DNA from: Spirochaetia bacterium
Lineage (GTDB): Bacteria; Spirochaetota; Spirochaetia; UBA9216
Length of the DNA: 64,000 nt
Direction: 5' to 3'
NCBI GenBank assembly: GCA_965140585.1
Contig: OZ223269.1
Coordinates: 640,001 to 704,000, forward strand
A program made the translations under genes and the position numbers. Under the pieces are notes generated by a model, which was not told where the DNA came from, made no database searches, and saw only the letters and a list, made by a program, of their open reading frames with translations. Every line of letters begins with the position of its first letter. Position 1 is the first letter of the stretch. Shown here one piece after another: positions 61,072 to 64,000 of the stretch.

Positions 61072-61761
61072 ATGTTCAGCCTTTTAGGCAGAGCAGCTGC
61101 ACTTATTTTATCAGGCGACAGGGAAGTCTTTAATATAGCTGGGACTTCCCTGTTCCTTGCAGTCAGTTCTACCGGATTAGCCACACTTATAGGAATTCCT
61201 ATAGGAATATTTCTGGGTTTCACCTCTTTTCCGGGAAGAAAAGCCCTTAAAGTTTTTTTTAACAGCCTGATGGGCATTCCTACTGTAGTTGTAGGTCTGT
61301 TTGTCTATTCTCTTATAAACAGACAGGGTCTTCTAGGGCCTTTTGGTCTGCTTTTCACCCAGGGCGGAATAATACTGGGGCAGGTTATACTGATTCTTCC
61401 TATTATGATTTCAATGATCTGGACAACGTTATCAGGTGTCAATCCGATGCTCATTGAGACGCTTGATGCCTTCTGCATATCTTCATTCAAAAAGAATATT
61501 CTGGTTTTAAGAGAAGTTAAAACTCAGATTATACTTGTGATTGTAACGGGGTTCGGCAGGGTTATCGGTGAAGTAGGCGTGTCAATGATGCTTGGAGGAA
61601 ATATAAGATGGTATACAAGGACTATCACTACCGCAATTTCTCTCGAAACAAGTAAGGGGCAGTTTGAGCTCGGGCTTGCACTTGGTATGATACTTTTATC
61701 GATTTCACTTGCAGTAAATATATTGATCAAAATTGGTTCCGGAGCTGATAGTGATGAATAA
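61072..61761 (+). CDS. tupB: Tungstate ABC transporter permease
   Basis: P.VVVGL, R.G.LG..GLLFT, FGRVIGEVG.SMM.GGNI.W.TR.ITTAI.LETSKG. Confidence 0.93.
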   Translation: MFSLLGRAAALILSGDREVFNIAGTSLFLAVSSTGLATLIGIPIGIFLGFTSFPGRKALKVFFNSLMGIPTVVVGLFVYSLINRQGLLGPFGLLFTQGGIILGQVILILPIMISMIWTTLSGVNPMLIETLDAFCISSFKKNILVLREVKTQIILVIVTGFGRVIGEVGVSMMLGGNIRWYTRTITTAISLETSKGQFELGLALGMILLSISLAVNILIKIGSGADSDE

Positions 61762-62401
61762 TTTTTCTATAAAAAGCTTTAGTTTATCATTCGCATACGA
61801 GCAGGGTGAAAATGTATTGTGCGATGTTAATATGTCGATAAATCCGGGAGAGATTACCGTATTCTGCGGAGGGAACGGGACCGGAAAAACCACAATGATG
61901 AAGCTTATTGCAGGCCTGTACGTTCCTGACAAGGGGAAAGTTATTTACCTCGATGAAAGCGGAAATGAATTAAACAGTGACAAAGTTAAACTCAACTCGA
62001 TATACGTACATCAGGAACCATATATTCTGAAAGGAACTGTATTCAGCAATATTTCACTTCTTCTGAATTCAGATATCAGAAAATCAGAAAAAAGCGGAAT
62101 TATCTCCAGGTCTCTCGAACTGACAGGGTTATCCGGTTTTGAAAAGAAAAAAGCCTCTAATTTGTCAGGGGGAGAAAAGAAACGTCTTGCAATTTCCAGG
62201 GCTCTGGCCGCTGAAAAAAGAGTTCTTATGCTTGATGAGCCAACGGCAAATCTTGATGCTGCGAGTTCCAAAAAACTTGGTTCTCATCTATTAAAATTGA
62301 AGAGTACAGGTGTTACTATAGTTATTTCTACTCATGATAAACAGTTTATGGAAAAAATTGCAGACAATGTTTTTGATTTTGATGTCATAGGGAGGATCTG
62401 A
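61754..62401 (+). CDS. tupC: Tungstate ABC transporter ATPase
   Basis: GGNGTGKTT, LSGGE, LDEPTANLD; ORF track 61733. Confidence 0.88.
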   Translation: MNNFSIKSFSLSFAYEQGENVLCDVNMSINPGEITVFCGGNGTGKTTMMKLIAGLYVPDKGKVIYLDESGNELNSDKVKLNSIYVHQEPYILKGTVFSNISLLLNSDIRKSEKSGIISRSLELTGLSGFEKKKASNLSGGEKKRLAISRALAAEKRVLMLDEPTANLDAASSKKLGSHLLKLKSTGVTIVISTHDKQFMEKIADNVFDFDVIGRI

Positions 62402-63630
62402 TGCCTTTGTTGAAAGTAGTAACAGTTGATACTGCACTAGAACTTATTAATACTCATTTTAAGGCAATTCCCGGGAAAACCGAGAACATAGCGGTTTCTA
62501 AATCTGCAGGAAGGATTGTCGCTGAAAATATATACTCTGCTGATCCTGTACCGCATTTTGCAAAATCCACAATGGATGGCTATGCCGTAATCGCAGATGA
62601 AACTTCCGGGGCATCCGAAACTATACCAATTATTATGAAAATCGCAGGTGAAGTATCAATGGGGAAAGCTCCGGATTTTAAGATAAGCTCAGGTACTGCC
62701 GCTTACATCCCCACCGGCGGAATGATGCCTGAAGGAGCAGATGCAGTTGTAATGATAGAATACTCTGAACAGATAGGTGATGAAATAGCTTTTTCTGTTC
62801 CTGCTGTTAAGGGAATGAATGTAGTTCCGGTTGGAAGGGATATCAGCGTGGGTGAACTTCTGTTTGAGGCCGGAAGGCAGATAGATTCAGCAGATATTGG
62901 TGTATTATCCGCTTCCGGTATTACGGATATCAAAGTTTATAAAAAGCCCTCGGCTGCAATAATTTCAACCGGTGATGAAATAACAGCCTCTGATACCGTA
63001 CTTGTTCCCGCAAAGATCCGAGACATCAATTCACATACTTTGAGAGCCGAGGCCGAGAAAATCGGCTTTAATGTGGTTAGTGCAGGTGTTGTAAGTGATG
63101 ATAAAGAACAGCTTGAAAAAGCTATAAGGGAAGTTATGACCTGTTCAGATGTTGTTTTTTTAAGCGGCGGAAGTTCGGCCGGTAATAAAGATTTTACAAT
63201 GGAAATTTTTGATAAAATCGGTGAACCCGGCTGTTTCGTACATGGAATCGCATTTAATCCGGGAAAGCCTACAATACTTGCAAGTGCCGGCGGGTTTCCT
63301 CTTGTCGGGCTGCCGGGGCATCCGGTTTCCGCTCTCATGGTATTTAGAATTATCGGGAAGTATTTGTTCTATCTGCTTTGTAAGTCACATGCTCCGGTTG
63401 AGCCCTGGGTTGAGGCTGTCCTTACTGAAAATATTCATGGAGCTCCCGGCCGTGATACTTATAAGCCCGTTTTTCTCATTAAAAAAACAGATAACTGTTT
63501 TGAAGCTGTTCCTGTTGGGGGCGGATCCAGTATGATTACAACTCTAAGCCGGGCATACGGCTATATTAAAATCAGCCGTGATATTGAAGGTCTGTCATCA
63601 GGTACATCGGTACGGGTTTACCGGTTTTAG
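62401..63630 (+). CDS. moeA: Molybdopterin molybdotransferase
   Basis: S.MDGYAV, TGG.MP.GADAVVMIE, STGDE, SGGSS.G..D, PGKP, GLPGHP. Confidence 0.93.
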   Translation: MPLLKVVTVDTALELINTHFKAIPGKTENIAVSKSAGRIVAENIYSADPVPHFAKSTMDGYAVIADETSGASETIPIIMKIAGEVSMGKAPDFKISSGTAAYIPTGGMMPEGADAVVMIEYSEQIGDEIAFSVPAVKGMNVVPVGRDISVGELLFEAGRQIDSADIGVLSASGITDIKVYKKPSAAIISTGDEITASDTVLVPAKIRDINSHTLRAEAEKIGFNVVSAGVVSDDKEQLEKAIREVMTCSDVVFLSGGSSAGNKDFTMEIFDKIGEPGCFVHGIAFNPGKPTILASAGGFPLVGLPGHPVSALMVFRIIGKYLFYLLCKSHAPVEPWVEAVLTENIHGAPGRDTYKPVFLIKKTDNCFEAVPVGGGSSMITTLSRAYGYIKISRDIEGLSSGTSVRVYRF

Positions 63631-63639
63631 GAGTCTATT

Positions 63640-64000
63640 ATGAAAAGAAATATATATCTTAAACCTTTAAGCTTTGCTGATGCCCAAAATTGTATAGACT
63701 CGGAGTTCAGGCTGAATGAAAATCATAAAACTGAAATGATTTCCGTTGAAGATTCTTTAGGACGTGTAAGTTCATCTCCTGTAATAGCCAAGCTCTCGAA
63801 TCCAAACCATAATGCAGCTGCGATGGACGGAATAAGTGTAAAATCAGCTGCAACCCAAGAAGCAGATCAACGGAATCCGGTGACGCTATCTGTCGACATC
63901 GATTTTAAATGGGTTGATACAGGAGATGTTCTTCCTGCTGATATGGACTCTGTAATTATGATGGAAGATCTCAGTGAGGCGGATGAAAATTCTGTTGTGA
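63640..64000 (+). CDS. moeA: Second MoeA-family protein, truncated by the window end
   Basis: MKRNIYL...DSLGRV...NAAAMDGI...VDTGD.LP..D.VIM.ED; SD ggag. Confidence 0.85.
   Translation, partial: MKRNIYLKPLSFADAQNCIDSEFRLNENHKTEMISVEDSLGRVSSSPVIAKLSNPNHNAAAMDGISVKSAATQEADQRNPVTLSVDIDFKWVDTGDVLPADMDSVIMMEDLSEADENSVV

Overview
Chromosomal window (~38-40% GC by eye) of an anaerobic, free-living Spirochaetales-type bacterium. The assignment rests on the Borrelia/Treponema-like synteny rplU-prp-rpmA-obg-nadD-LCP-rsfS ... spoVG-rplY-pth-tilS-ftsH, plus cheX, a DUF5312-like gene and a spirochete-style 'AGGQQE' signal peptide. The first ~37 kb is mostly housekeeping: an ilvB-ilvN-leuA-cimA operon behind an unannotated, apparently leaderless Ile/Leu-rich attenuator peptide, argS, ribosome-associated genes, lepA, three tRNAs and signalling proteins. 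The 37-60 kb region is metabolic/accessory: a Na+-pumping (methyl)malonyl-CoA decarboxylase operon, an NCS2 nucleobase permease, a SauS-like CoA-acylating aldehyde dehydrogenase, an omega-amino acid aminotransferase, an SSS symporter with an unannotated small membrane partner, a lone degenerate IS1595-like transposase, preT-preA, an AEC transporter, a thioesterase and a phosphotransacylase. The best candidate for an undescribed system (inference) is a pyrimidine/beta-alanine fermentation route running through malonyl-/methylmalonyl-CoA into a Na+-translocating decarboxylase. The window ends in a Moco/Wco-riboswitch-controlled tupABC-moeA-moeA operon. All family calls are from motif recognition by eye; no database searches were run.
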